Shown here in pieces: positions 38,276 through 52,909 of a DNA stretch of 64,000 nucleotides; the first letter of the stretch is position 1; every line of letters starts with the position of its first letter. The notes below the pieces were generated by a model. That model saw only the letters and a list, made by a program, of their open reading frames with translations. It searched no databases and was not told the DNA's origin. Made by a program: the position numbers and the translations under genes. The DNA comes from Octopus sinensis (lineage: Eukaryota), in contig NC_043012.1 of the NCBI RefSeq assembly GCF_006345805.1, forward strand, positions 6,634,001 through 6,698,000. Direction: 5' to 3'.

Positions 38276-38804
38276 ACACAGTAATACACTGTTTGGTGAC
38301 ACAAAATAAAAGGAACTTCTTTATTTGTCATATTCAACATGCTTATGTCTGCTCTATGGACAACAATCTGATAATATATTTACTGAAATATATTAATACA
38401 TATATAATAATAATGTATATAATAATAATAGACATATAATAATACTGATATATATATTAATACATAACAATCTGATATATATTTATTTCGTTACTGCCCA
38501 GAAGGGGCTAAACAAAGAGGGGACAAACAAGGACAGACAAAGGATTAAGTCGATTACATCACTCCCAGTGCGTAACTGGTACTTATTTAATTGACCCCGA
38601 AAGGATGAAAGGCAAAGTGGATCGAGGCGGAATTTGAACTCAGAACGTAACGGCAGACGAAATATGGCTACGCATTTTGCCTGGCATGCTAACCACTCTG
38701 CCAGCTCGCCTCCTTCAATCTCATATATATTAATACATATTTATAAATATATAGTAGCAGATTTTTACATCCATTCACAAATATGTCATGTGTTTGTGTG
38801 TATA

Positions 38805-38844
<40 letters not shown>

Positions 38845-38949
38845 TATTAGAATAGTGTAGTTTGAATAAAGTTGGAAATAAAGGAATGAAAAGGAAATAA
38901 AGAAGATGAAACAACAGTTTATGCTTTATCTTATATTTCAATATTTCAG

Positions 38950-39047
38950 GGTTAAGACCCCTGAGTCAAGAGAAAATGAAGAATGCTGATGACCTGGTAT
39001 CTTTTGTTCAGATGCGCGGGAGGGCAGATGCTACATGTATTGACTTG
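38950..39047 (+). CDS. Candidate internal coding exon of an unidentified host gene: (G)LRPLSQEKMKNADDLVSFVQMRGRADATCIDL
   Basis: Strong acceptor (ttatcttatatttcaatatttcag|G), donor TTG|gtattg shortly before the in-frame stop, non-repetitive and protein-like; no homologue recognised. Confidence 0.4.
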
Positions 39048-39849
39048 GTATTGTTATAACAGCCAATCTGCTTTCTGCAGTTCATATCTATTTTTTAATA
39101 AATGGGTTTTAGCAGAAGACGTATTTACTGTTACCTATGGAGAACCACATACATACAGACATCCACTTATGCAATTATAATAATCCAATAAAGAGCAGAT
39201 TATATGATGCTTATGAATGAATTGCACTTGTGAATAGCGTAGCTCATAAATAATTGGTATTGAAGATAGAAAATATATGGAGACTGGACAGAAAGAAGAT
39301 AGACATGCTCTACTGAATGTGTGTAATGTTAGTGTGGAAGAGTGATAAAGCATGAATGAGCAGATGAGAAAAATTGGGGTTACGAGGAATTGGTTGTGGT
39401 GTGCTGGAGAGAAGACTGCCCTGGTATGGGCATGTGATAGCTTTTGAAGGACGGGAGATGGGTAAAAGAATTGCAAAAGGATATGAGTGGGAGGAAACTG
39501 CAAAAGAAAGAGAAAAAAACTGAGGAAGGCATGGGTAGAGATGGTACAAGATGATTTCCTGGTGCTGCATCTCAAGAAAAAGATAACTAGAGAGATGCTA
39601 CACGTAACATGATACCACTATATATATATATATATATATAATATATATAATATATATATATATCATTATTTAATGTCCATTTTCCATATTGGCTCGGTTT
39701 GGACAGTTTGGCTGGAGCTGACCAACTGAAGGATTCTCAGGCTCCATGTCTGTATGGCATGGTTTCTTTGGCTGGATGCCCTTCTTAACATCAACCATTT
39801 TATAGAGTGTGTGTGTGTGTGTATGTATATATATATATATATATATATA

Positions 39850-40964
39850 TCAGAACTAGAGGAGAAGTTTCAAGTGTGGAAACAAGGATTAGAATCGAAG
39901 GGCCTTAAAATCAACCTAGCTAAAACCAAAGTCCTAATATATAGGAAGGCAGGCAAACCCCAAATCCCTTCAAGTAGATGGCCCTGCTCAATCTGTAGTA
40001 GAGGCGTAGGTAGAAACTCTATACGATGTACCCAGTGTAAGCTATGGACATATAAGAGGTGCAATAATATCAAAGGAAGGCTAACTGGGAAGATAGTTTT
40101 TGTATGTGGCAGATGCTCGGGTGCAATAAACACTGAAAATGCGCAGAGACCAACTTCCGCCGCATTCCAGGGAGAAAAACTAGAAGTAGTTGATAGCTTC
40201 CGTTACCTAGGTGACCAAAGTGGTAAAGCATGACCTTGGAACATTAGGCCTCACTGAGGAAATGACTAGCGGCCGAGACTTTTGGAAATATGCTGTGCTT
40301 GCAAAGACCCGGCAAGCCAAATGAGACCATAACCTGTGGCCCATATCAAGAGCATAACCAGCCCGCTTATGCGTACCTTTTCCTTCCTTGGACACTAAAT
40401 TTTGCTTGCGAAGACCTGTTGAGGCAAGTGAAATCAAAATCACATTCAATGATCAGCATCCATACTAGCGGGTTGCAAAGAGCACCATACGAGTGTGATC
40501 ATTGACAGAGCGGCTAACCGGCTTCCGTGCCAGTGGCACATAAAAGGCACCATTTGAGTGTGATCGTTACCAGTGTTGCCATGCTAGTAGGATGCCAAGA
40601 GCACCATCCGAGCATGATTGTTGCCAGAGCAGCCAACCGGCCTCTGTGCCAGTGGCACGTAAAAGGGTACCATTCGAGCGTGATCGTTACTAACGTCACT
40701 TTACTGGCACCTGTGCTGGTGGCATGTGTAAAAAGAATCGAGCAAGGTCGTTGCCAGTACCGCTTGACTGGCTCCTGTGCCGGTGGCACGTAAAAAGCAC
40801 CCACTACACTCTTGGAGTGGTCAGCATTAGGAAAGGCATCCAGCTGTAGAAACTCTGCCAAATCAAGATTGGAGCCTGGTGCAGCCATCTGGTTTGCCAG
40901 CCCTCAGTCAAAATCGTCCAACCCATGCTAGCATGGAAAGCGGATGTTAAACAATGATGATGAT
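39850..40964 (+). mobile_element. 5'-truncated, internally deleted RTE LINE copy
   Basis: SELEEKFQVWKQ...FRYLGDQ matches copy 1, then jumps at about 40219 to the VVKHDL region (about 445 bp missing). The 3' UTR modules and (GAT)n tail are present. Confidence 0.9.
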
Positions 40965-41500
40965 ATATATATATATATATATATATATGACAAAAATATT
41001 ATATTATTCATATCATCATATATATATATAATATATATGATGATATGAATATATATAATATTTTTGTCATATATATATATATATGATATATATATATAAT
41101 ATATTTTTGTTATATATATATATATATACACACACACACTTACACACACACACATATTTGTAGGGAGAGAGACTACAATACATAGAGCACTATAAAGTAA
41201 CCAATTTTGTGTTGATTAAATGACGAAATTTCAGCAAAGAAAGCATAAAATATTGTTAATCCTGCTGTGTATTAATATCAGAAATATCTGATTTATTTTT
41301 GTCGCTGTTGTTGTTGTTGTTGTTGTTATTTTCAATTTCATTATTTTGGTTGGCAGAATATCATACAGCTATATTTATGGAAAACACAAACATCCATCCA
41401 TAGCTGTATACATACATAGATACATAACCACATTCATATACATGGATTCACATAGATATATGGATAAATATATACATATAAATATGTTTGTGTGTGTGTG

Positions 41501-41549
<49 letters not shown>

Positions 41550-41605
41550 GTTTGTGTGTGTATGTGTGTGTATGTATATATATATGTTTGTGTGATATAT
41601 TTGTG

Positions 41606-41644
<39 letters not shown>

Positions 41645-42296
41645 ATTACTTTGAAACTATCAACTAAACCAAACTTGAGATATGTTTTACTTCTAGAATA
41701 TTGGTATTTCCCTCTGTGAATTAAAAGATTATATACATACATATCTATACAAAAGATTGTACGCACACACACACACACACATTCAAGTATATGGGTAAAG
41801 ATGTGGACTGAAATATATCTACAGTCATGCCATGTACTGTATCTATATTTGTGTGTGTGTGTGTATGTGAGTGTGTGCAAGTGTGTGCACATGTGTATCT
41901 ATCACTCTATCTATCTATCTATTTATTTATATGAACACACACACACATACACATACACATACACACACTCACACACACACACATATATATATATAGATGC
42001 ACAGCCAAGTATTATTTCAAAATATTATTGATTTTATCTAATGCAGAAGTACATGAAGCGTGACATATTCTAGAGTTTTCTGTTCATCTGTGAAATAAAG
42101 CAACATTACTAACTGAATTCTTGTACGTATTCTACAATAATTCAAGCATGTTTTCAAATATGCTAAACTTATTAGTGAATGCAGGGAGGGTGGGGAGTAT
42201 TGGCTCTTCTCTTTCACTTAAATATTTTAAATTAATGGACCACCTGGAAGTTTGAATCGTTACATAGTTTTGTTCCTTGGTCACCAGCATTTACAT

Positions 42297-42649
42297 CAGT
42301 GGATCTCAACTGGGGTCCATATCGCCCCTGAGAGTCCATATAATATTTTCTAGGGGTTCGTGCAACCAATCAGAAAATTGGGGATCCACAGTAGTAATTT
42401 AAGGGCCCTTGAAAAATTTTTGCTTTAGATGGTATTTATTGGTATTTACTGCAAGAAACAGCTGGGTTTCTTTCTCCAACATTTTTTCATAGTTCAACCT
42501 ACACAAGTTAATGAGCGAATAACAAAATAGGGATTTTTGGAAGAAGTATCTATAAAATTAGTTTTTAAACATTGAATGGCTATGGGGGTCCACCAGAATA
42601 CAATAGTAATCAAAGGAATCCATGGGTAGAAAATGGTTGACAACCCATG
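42297..42649. mobile_element. hAT-type MITE
   Basis: 8-bp TSD ATTTACAT (42289-96 and 42650-57); degenerate TIRs CAGTGGATCTCAAC / GTTGACAACCCATG. Confidence 0.8.
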
Positions 42650-43109
42650 ATTTACATTAATGGTAAATGCTTTTTTGAATGGGTGGTGGGGCCCTAATCA
42701 CTAGGCCACAGACCTGTATCAAGTTGTGAATCATTTGGTGATGGGACACACAGACGAATTAAATTTTAAAATGAATTTCTGTTTTATTAAGTCACTCTCT
42801 GCAGATATGGTGACTGGTAGCACTTCTGGGCCACCAGTAATACGCTGTTTCATGACATAAACATATCTTCTCTATTTGTCACAGACCGGTACCAAGCTGT
42901 GGATCATTTGGTACTGAGTGGTACAGAAGGATTAAGTTTTTAAAATTTCATTTCTGCTTTAAGTCCCTCTCTGTAGTGTGTTTGTGCATGATTCATGTAT
43001 TATGTAAGAAATAAATGAGTATAGCTGCAGCGTTTATCTTCTTACGATCTCTATATTTGACTAAGTGGTGGGTAGAGTTTGCTGGCTTTATACTTTGATT
43101 ACTATATGA

Positions 43110-43310
43110 GGGACAGGCTACCATTATAATGGAGTGGATGCCAGGAGGGAGGAAAACACCAAGAGGAAGACCAATGAAGATTATGGTGTAGTGCATTCCA
43201 GGATGATACAATAGCAAGTGGAGCCAGGATGAATGCGAGCAACTGGGATGTATAGAGGAGGCTTGTTGCTCATTTAGTGCTGATAACACTAAAGGTTCTA
43301 AGACCTAAGA
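43110..43310 (+). mobile_element. Highly decayed RTE-like LINE 3' end
   Basis: Translates to RLP.IMEWMPGGRKTPRGRP, followed by a short ctaagacctaag tail. Confidence 0.5.
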
Positions 43311-44139
43311 GAGAGAGAGAGAAAGAGAGAGAGAGATGTAATAATCAAGTTATATAATATGCACTTTATTGTGTTTTGTTATGTGTGTGACTGCCGGGTC
43401 TGTAGAAAAACGGTTTTGCAGGAAACCAGGCTGTAGTGTAAGAATATTTGAAGGTTACTGCTCTAGAGCTTATCTTTTGTTTTTTACTTGTTTCAGAATG
43501 TGGCCATGCTGGGGCACCAACTTGAAGGCTTTTGCAAGCAGATAGACTCCAGTCTGGTGCTAATTCAATCAGTCATTTTTACCAAACAGCTAAGTTACAG
43601 GGATGTAAACAAACCAACACCAGCTTTTGAGTGGTAGTGGGAACAAACACAAAAACACAGACACACACACACATATATATGATGGGCTTCTGCATAGTTT
43701 CCGGCAACCAAATTCACTAACAAGGCATTGGTCAGCCTGGAGCTATAGTAGAAAACATATATAAGTGAATGGGTGGCTGTGTGGAAAGAAGCTTGCTTAC
43801 CAGTCATATGGTTTCAGGTTCAACGCTACGGCATGGCACCTTGTACTAGTCTCATTCATTACAGCACCAGGCTGACCAAAGCTTTGTGAGAAGATTTGGT
43901 AGGCAGAAACTGAAAAAGCTTCTCATGTATATTTTTACTCTTTTACTTGTTTCAGTCATTTCACTGCAGCCATGCTGGAGCACCGCCTTTTAGTCGAACA
44001 AACTGACCCCAGGACTTATTCTTCGTAAGGCTAGTACTTACTCTATTGGCGACTTTTGCTGAACCGCTAAGTTGTGGGGATTTAAACACACCAGCATCGT
44101 TTGTCAAGCAATGTTGGGGGGACAAACACAGACGCTCAA

Positions 44140-44178
<39 letters not shown>

Positions 44179-44364
44179 TATATATATGACGGGTTGCTTT
44201 CAGTTTCTGTCTACCAAATCCACTCACAAGGCTTTGATCAGCCCGAGGCTATAATAGAAGATACTTGTGCTAAGTGCCATGCAGTAGGACTGAAACCGGG
44301 ACCATGTGGTTGGTAAGCAAGCTACTTACCACACAACCACTCCTGCACCTATATATATATATAT

Positions 44365-44396
<32 letters not shown>

Positions 44397-44454
44397 GAAT
44401 ATATATATATATATATATATACACATAGAATATATATATATATATATGTATATA

Positions 44455-44761
44455 TCACGTGATCACGTGACTGACCAGGCTATCAGATGTTGCTACACAT
44501 CGCTGGTCCCAACACGCTTCGCATTGCTTTAGCCTTCAAATGACGCCACCCCACTGGCTAAGTGAGCAGGCCTACAGAAGAAAGAGTGAGAGAAAGTTGT
44601 GGCGAAAGAGTACAGCAGGGATTACCACCACCCACTACCGGAGCCTCATGGAGTTTTAGGTGTTTTCACTCAATAAACACTCACAACGCCCAGTCTGGGA
44701 GTCGAAACCACGATCCTACGACTGCGAGTCCACTGCCCAACCACTGGGCCATTGCGCCTCC
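44455..44761 (-). mobile_element. SINE with a family B head but a different 3' half
   Basis: The first ~180 bp match 20200-20380; the 3' part (...GATGTGTAGCAACATCTGATAGCCTGGTCAGTCACGTGATCAC) does not match. Confidence 0.8.
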
Positions 44762-46724
44762 ACACACACACACATATATATATATATGCACACACACCAC
44801 ACACACACACATCACTACTACCACAACAGGCTGCCCAACATTAACCAGTACATTTAGATGCCACTTAAAACATACACTGCAATTTAAACATCACAAGACA
44901 TCTCATCAATAAACAAGGTAAACAATGAAGTGTGTTTTCATTGTTGTTGACTGGACACATATTCAGAGGGATAGCATGTAAGGGTAGCAATATGTACTGG
45001 ATAAATACCTTCACTATAACAAGACAGGTAGTATGATACTGGGATGTAAGCCAGTTCGTATCATAGCTATATCTCTGTATCATGAAGATACAGAAAATAA
45101 GTATGATAGTCAAGGGCTCTAATATGTATCAAATCATGAAGGAATATATATATATATAATAATAATAATAATTGAATTTATTTACTGATACTGTAGTACA
45201 CAGGGTAAATGTGTCTCTTTGTTGTAGTTTAATTAATAAAGTTAGTGTTTAATCCTTTCTAGAATTAAGAGTGAATGAATATGGTGATTACTTAGATATG
45301 TTTGTTCCCAAACAACACTTATTTTAGTGCTGTTGACACCGCCGGACTGAATGCTACTGCCCAGGTGTCGAAACAATAGTGATATATGTGGGGCAGCTGA
45401 TGATGGGTATATGTTGGATTATGTATATGGCTGTTATTGTGTGGGTGGAATAGTATCATAACACATCCATTTGATGTATATATATATATATATGAGAAAG
45501 GCTGAGTTGAATTATAACAGTTTTACTTTGGCAGGTAACAAAATATTTCTTCTGTTATGAATTTTCTGATGTTTCCTTCATTTTTTGCACTGACAAGAAT
45601 GGTAATATAAAATTAAATTAATTATAATTAATTTAATCTCTTTCATGTTTCTTACATATTGGTGCTACCATTTGAAACGATCACATGTATGGATTAAAAT
45701 GTTACCAAACTTTTAACTTCTTCTCTACTCAATTTTTAATGGTTTGTTGACTTTATATAGGACTGTGTTCTATAAATGCTCATAGTACACCTTAAATATA
45801 TATATATATATATATATATCGTCATCATCATCATCATAATCATTGTTTAACGTCCGCTTTCGATGCTGGCATGGGTTGGATGATTTGACTGAGGTCTGGC
45901 GAACCAGATGGCTGCACCAAGCTCCAATCTGATCTGGCAGAGTTTCTACAGCTGGATGCCCTTCCTAACACCAACAACTCTAAGAGAGTAGTGGGTGCTT
46001 TTACGTGCCACCAGCATGAGGGCCAGTCAAGCAGTACTGGCATATATATATGTATGTATGTATGTATGCATGTATGTATGTATGTATATATATATATACA
46101 TATATAGCATGTGTGTGTGTCCAGCACTGCTTGACAACCTGTGTTGGTTTCTTTACATCCTCATAACTTAGGGGTTATATATATATAGACACACAGACAC
46201 ACAAACACACATATATGTAGATATATAGACACTCATACACAAACACACACACACACACACACATATATATGTAGATGCACACACACACACACGCACATGC
46301 ACAAACACATATATACATATATAGACACACACATACATATATAAATGCATACACACAAAAACACAGGTATAAATTACCATTTGAGCTTGGTCATTGCCAG
46401 TACCGCTTTACTGGCCCTCATACCGGTGACACGTAAAAGCACTTACTACACTCTTGGAGTGGTTGGCATTAGGAAGGGCATCCAGCTGTAGAAACTCTGC
46501 CAGATCAGATTGGAAGCTGGTGCAGCCATCTGGTTCGCCAGTCCTCAGTCAAACCGTCCAACCCATGCCAGCATGGAAAGCGGACGCTAAACGATGATGA
46601 TGATGATGATGATAGACATGAACTAACACACACACAAACACACATTTATATATATATATATATATACATAAACACATGTATATGTAGATATATAGACACT
46701 CACACACAAACACACACACATATA

Positions 46725-46760
<36 letters not shown>

Positions 46761-47423
46761 TGCACACACACACGCACACACACACACACACACACAACCA
46801 ATCAAATCTTGATCAGCTGGAGACTATATCAAAAGACACTTGCTCATAGAATAAAAAGCAGTAGGATCAAATCCAGGAAGGAACACACCATGGAACAATG
46901 AACTTCTACATCGCTACAAGACACTTCATGCAATTTCATAGTTCCACATGTACATAGAACTTCACGTTCTTCAACTAAGCATGAAATACATTACAATGAT
47001 GCATGAATCCGGAAGACAACCAAAAAATCTGTTGCCAAGAGATTCACAGACAACCACATGTCTTGCCGAAAATTCAAGGTTAATGTCTCATTACTCTGAG
47101 AGCATATCAAATATAAAATATTGATCAGTTACATGACCCGCTTTCATTTCATGATTTGGAATATATAGGTTATTGATTTTTTTTTAAAGTGTCAAATCTG
47201 TCTTGAAATTGCTTCGTAGAATTGTTGTAGATTATAAATTCCATGTTGTTGGTTTGCTTGATGTATTATGATACTTTATCGTGGCACTTAATGTTCTGCT
47301 TTCAAATGTGTTTAGCATATGTATACATATACATCCATGCAGACACATGCATACATACATCCATATATATGTGTGCGAGTATATATGTATATGTATATAT
47401 ATGTATGCATGTATGTATGTATA

Positions 47424-47459
<36 letters not shown>

Positions 47460-47518
47460 TGTATGTATGTATTATGTATATATATATATAGATATATATA
47501 TATATATATATATATATC

Positions 47519-47652
47519 ATATTAAATTAGAGATAAAACCACTATTAGCCAAATCAAACAGTGAAAATCATAAGCCAATTTTCTTCTATGTATTGGCTTA
47601 TGTTTTCACTGTTTGATTTGCCCTAAAAGTGGTTTTATCTCTAATTTAATAT
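47519..47652. repeat. Imperfect fold-back element between (TA)n tracts
   Basis: ~60-bp arms with a 12-nt loop. Confidence 0.9.
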
Positions 47653-47735
47653 AATATATATATATTTATACTATAAAATTAGATTTAATCCTAATCTAAT
47701 TTTTCCCTGTAAGTTTGGATTTACTCCCTAATATT

Positions 47736-47790
<55 letters not shown>

Positions 47791-48095
47791 GCACACACAC
47801 ATAGGCACAGGTGTGGCTGTGTGGTAAGGAGTTATACATATGGCACGTAAAAAACACCATTCAAGTGTGGACAATGCCAGTACTACCTGATTGGTCCTCT
47901 TTCTGGTAGCATGTAAAAGCACCCTCTACACTCTTGGAGTGGTTAGCATTAGGAAGGACATCCAGCTGTAGAAACTTTGCCAGATCAGATTGGAACCTGG
48001 TGTAGCCTTCTGGCTTGCCAGCCCCCAGTCAAAGCGTCCACCCCAAGCCAGCATGGATAGCGGACATTAAATGACAACGACGATGATGATACATT

Positions 48096-48152
<57 letters not shown>

Positions 48153-48297
48153 ACACACACACAAGCAGGCACATAAATGCAAACCAAGGTGGAAAAACGA
48201 GTACTGGAGTACCAAAGGTAGAGTAATATGCTTTTACTGAAGCTGTAAAGTCTTCAGAAAATTGTTACTCAGAGTATCACATTCCTGCTCGTAAGAA

Positions 48298-48350
48298 AGT
48301 TGTGATGAATACTGTTCGACAAATGGGAATATGAAACTCTGAGTAACAGT
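48298..48350 (+). ncRNA. Degenerate hammerhead in a fold-back element at about 48239-48373
   Basis: GUGAUGA-AUA...UAU-GAAA-CUC(U)GAGU-A; C3 is mutated and stem I is poor; stem III matches that of 28282-28344. Confidence 0.3.
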
Positions 48351-48380
48351 TGTGTGAAGATTTTGCAGCTTTAATAACTG

Positions 48381-48417
<37 letters not shown>

Positions 48418-48474
48418 CACACACAGAAAGAGAAAAGATGAAAACAACTGAAGATTTGTTTTACAGATTAAGGA

Positions 48475-48513
<39 letters not shown>

Positions 48514-48745
48514 GTTAACTGAGTTAGAGGAGGTTAAAATAACTGTCTAAGGATAGAAGATGCCATTACACTACCAGTATATTACCAATGTTTAACCATG
48601 GCATACATATGCAAGCATATTATACTCATAAACCATAGGTAAGACAAGGTTGAACATGAGTTTATCAAGGATTAAAATTTAAAGAAGACAGAAAATGTCA
48701 ATTGTTGTTCATCGATAGTTCTTCATTTTCTGCCTTCTTTAAATT

Positions 48746-48821
<76 letters not shown>

Positions 48822-49311
48822 TCATATATATATTGATACTCACACACATGCTGAAACATATACATACCTTTGCACAATTTTGTATCATTTTAAGAATTAA
48901 ATTACACAAACGTCTTTCATAAAAGAACAAATGAGACAAATACAAGATGAATAAAAAAAATTGATGAAAATATGAAAAAACTACAATAATGGATACAAAA
49001 AAAAAATGTCACCCCATAATTCTATTCCAAGATAAATATTAATCAGATATTGTAATAATATATATCTGATTTTTGATGTTGTTTAATTTTTTAATATTTA
49101 CTGTTCATCTGGTTAGATAATTAAATATTCGCTAGTTATCTACTTTGTAAGAACAACAACAGGAACAGCAACAACAACAATGGTATTTACTTTCATAGCA
49201 GAAGCAGCAATGAGAGAGATAGCTTTAGCTGCAGTATTTTGCTCAACAATAATGATTAACAAAGCCACAGAAGAATGAATCTAAGAAATAATGAAATAAT
49301 GATATACAATT

Positions 49312-49955
49312 TACTCTTTACTCTTTTACTCTTTTACTTGTTTCAGTCATTTGACTGCGGCCATGCTGGAGCACCGCCTTTAATCGAGCAACTCGACCCC
49401 GGGACTTATTCTTTTGTAAGCCCAGTACTTATTCTATCGGTCTCTTTTGCCGAACTGCTAAGTTACGGGGACATAAACACACCAGCATTGGTTGTCAAGC
49501 AATGCTAGGGGAACAAACACAAACACACATGCGCATATATATATATATCATATATACGACAGGCTTCTTTCAGTTTCCGTCTACCAAATCCACTCACAAG
49601 GCTTTGGTTGGCCCGAGGCTATAGTAGAAGACACTTGCCCAAGATGCCACACAGTGGGACTGAACCCGGAACCATGTGGTTGGTAAACAAGCTACTTACC
49701 ACACAACCACTCCTGCGGTGAAATTATATATATTCTTTCATTTGTTTCAGTCATTTGATTGCTGCTATGCTGGGGCACTGCCTTTAGTCAAGAAAATCGA
49801 CACCACAGGATTTATTCTTTGTAAGTCTAGAACTTATTCTGTCGGTGTCTTTTGGCGAATGGCTAAGTTACGGGGATGAAAACACACCAGCATCAGTTGT
49901 CAAGCGATAGTAAGGGGACAAACACAGTCACACAAACATAGACATATACATATAC

Positions 49956-49996
<41 letters not shown>

Positions 49997-50157
49997 CGAT
50001 GAGCTTCTTTCAGTTCTGTCTACCAAATCCACTCACAAGGTTTTGGTCGGCCTGAGGCTATAGTAGAAAACACTTGCCCAAGGTGCCACGCAGTGGAACT
50101 GAACCCTGAACCACGTCGTTGGTGAGCAAGCTACTTGCCACTCAGCCACTCCTGTGC
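49312..50157 (-). mobile_element. Two head-to-tail family A SINEs (49312-49715, 49735-50157); other copies at 26276-26436-, 36093-36470+, 43470-43770-, 43936-44348-, 54840-55000+, 55878-56045-, 59325-59490-, 61765-61935-, 62127-62568-
   Basis: Reverse-complement matches to 31007-31412. Confidence 0.85.
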
Positions 50158-50164
50158 CTATATA

Positions 50165-50197
<33 letters not shown>

Positions 50198-50206
50198 GAT
50201 ATATAT

Positions 50207-50238
<32 letters not shown>

Positions 50239-50271
50239 ATATATATATTATATATATATGTACATATATGC

Positions 50272-50326
<55 letters not shown>

Positions 50327-50331
50327 TTATA

Positions 50332-50680
50332 CAGGGTGACTCCCAAAAAATTTATTAAATCCTGCAAAGGACTTAAACTTCTGTCTGTGTACAATTATTT
50401 CCTTTGCATAAAAGTCGTGTTCTTTTCAAAATATGCTCCAAATGGCACACGGCACGCAAACACTTGCATACATTGTACAAACATTGTCAATTACTTGGAC
50501 ATGTTCCTCTTTGGGGATTTCCCTGATTTCTGCTGTGATTGCTGCCTTCAGTTCACCAATTGTTTGAGGGTTGTTCTGGTATACATTATCCTTGAGATAC
50601 CCCAACAGATAAAAATCTGGGGGGGTTCAAGTCAGGTGAATGTGGTGCCAACTCAACGTCACACTTCCTGCTGGTCAGTC
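50332..50680 (-). mobile_element. Tc1/mariner-superfamily transposase 3' remnant with TIR
   Basis: TA-CAGGGTGA end; minus strand HSPDLNP(frameshift)DFYLLGYLKDNVYQNNPQTIGELKAAI. Confidence 0.8.
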
Positions 50681-51319
50681 TCTCTTTTCTATGCTGGCAT
50701 GGGTTTGATGGTTTGACTGAGGACTGAGAAATCAGGAGGCTGCACCAGGTTCCAGTCTGATCCAGTAAGTTTTCTACAGCTGGATGCCCCTCCTAATGCT
50801 AACCACTTCGAAAGTGTAGTGGGTGCTTTTTACATGCCACCAGCATGGAGGCCAGTCAGGCAGCACTGGCATCGACCATGCTCGAATGCCTGTATTGTAA
50901 TTAATTGGCACATATCTGCATGAGATATTATCTATCAAAAGTGAATAAATTACATTGTGAAAGAGTCATTTATTGTATACCGACAAAATTTATTTTATGG
51001 TTATATACAATATATCATATACTGTATATATATATAAAAAATAAATTTTGTGGAAGTACAAGTCTCCTTATTCTTTATTATTATTAATATATATAAAGTG
51101 GTGAGCTGGTAGAATTATTAGCACGCCGGGCAAAATGCTTAGCGGTATTTTGTCAGCTGCTATGTTCTGAGTTCAAATCCTGCCAAGGTCAACTTTATCT
51201 TTCACCCTTTTGGGATCAATAAATTAAGTACTAGTGAAACTGTGGGATCAATGTAATCGATTAATCCCCTTTCCCAAAATTTCAAGGATTTGTGCCTGGA
51301 GTAGAAAGGATCATTATTA

Positions 51320-51355
<36 letters not shown>

Positions 51356-51866
51356 CCATGTGTCACTAAGAAATATACGTGTGTGTGTTTATGTGTGTGT
51401 ATGTGTGTGCACATATGAGTGCTTGTGTGTGTGTGTGTGTGTATTTCAGTAGGAAAGGCTGATAATCATTCCCCATTCCATTACTTTCTTACCAAAGTTT
51501 AAAATTTGCTTTGTTGTTATACCATCTGATGTATACCACTTCAGCATAAATCTTGGTAATGGGGAAAGGAATGTACTTCAACAATAACATACATATATAT
51601 ATATATATATAAGTATGAATACATCAAAATAAACACACACACACACACAAACCCATACTTATCACATGGGAATTATAACAAACAAGAAACAGCCTTCAAT
51701 CTATCTCCACTCCACCTGTGTTAGAGCTCATCTCCAAGCCTTCTAATCGATATTGGCCATTTATTCAGTCTCCATCTGTTATGTCTGCTAATGATACCGA
51801 AGGGGATGCAATAATAAATCAACATTGACAGGACTCAACTGTCTTGGGAGGTGGTCATACAAAGAG

Positions 51867-51902
<36 letters not shown>

Positions 51903-52196
51903 CACACTGATTGAACATGATTCTATAACACAAGTCAAGCAATACTGCAAATGTTAGTCTAGAATATACCAGTACTTCAAGATATATATATGTATGTGTG
52001 TGAGTATTGTGTGTGTGTGTGTGTGTGTATATATAATATATATTATATATATGTATGCATGTATGTATACATATATTTATTTTATTTATATGTATTAATG
52101 TCTATATTATATATGTATATATGTATATATATACGTATATATATGTATATATGTTATATATACATATATTTATACTTATATATCCATACATATATC

Positions 52197-52233
<37 letters not shown>

Positions 52234-52364
52234 CATATATATATATGTGTATATAATATATATATAATATATATATATATACATACATATATATATATGT
52301 AATGTGTGTGTATATATATATATATATATACATGTATAATATACATATGTATGTATGCACATAT

Positions 52365-52399
<35 letters not shown>

Positions 52400-52909
52400 A
52401 TATGTATCTACAGACATGTATACACACACATATAGATCCATGCACACACATATATAGCAAAATACATTTTTTTCTTATGAATCTTCTTTTATTAAATGGT
52501 TCACTAGTTTCTCACCAAACCATGACATCTGTCTTGTGACCTATAATTCAGACGGCAGATTTTCAACTATAAAACATGGATAAATGCTTCCTAGCTTATG
52601 GTCTTTTCTCTCTCTTCCCCTTCCTTTCTCTCTCTCCCTCTCTTTCTTTCCTCCTATCTGCATTACAGCATGTTTTTAAAAGGTCTGTTCTTTTGGTTTT
52701 TAAACAAATCTTTTCAGTCTAATGATCGAGTTACATAGGCCATAGCTGTTTGAAGGCCAATAGAATAGGAAAATAGAAAAGGTGACATCAAGACACACAT
52801 ATATGTGTGCATATATATATATATATATATATTGGTATATACACGCATACACACACACACAGGCGCAGGCATAGTTGTGTAGCTAAGAAGTTTGCTTTTT
52901 ATATAGATG

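Noticed and set aside
45328-45410. Cadherin-like peptide AVDTAGLNATAQ and a nearby GAAAC/CTGATGA pair
   Set aside because: The peptide is too short, all frames have stops nearby, the donor is weak, and the hammerhead geometry fails (N17 would be G).
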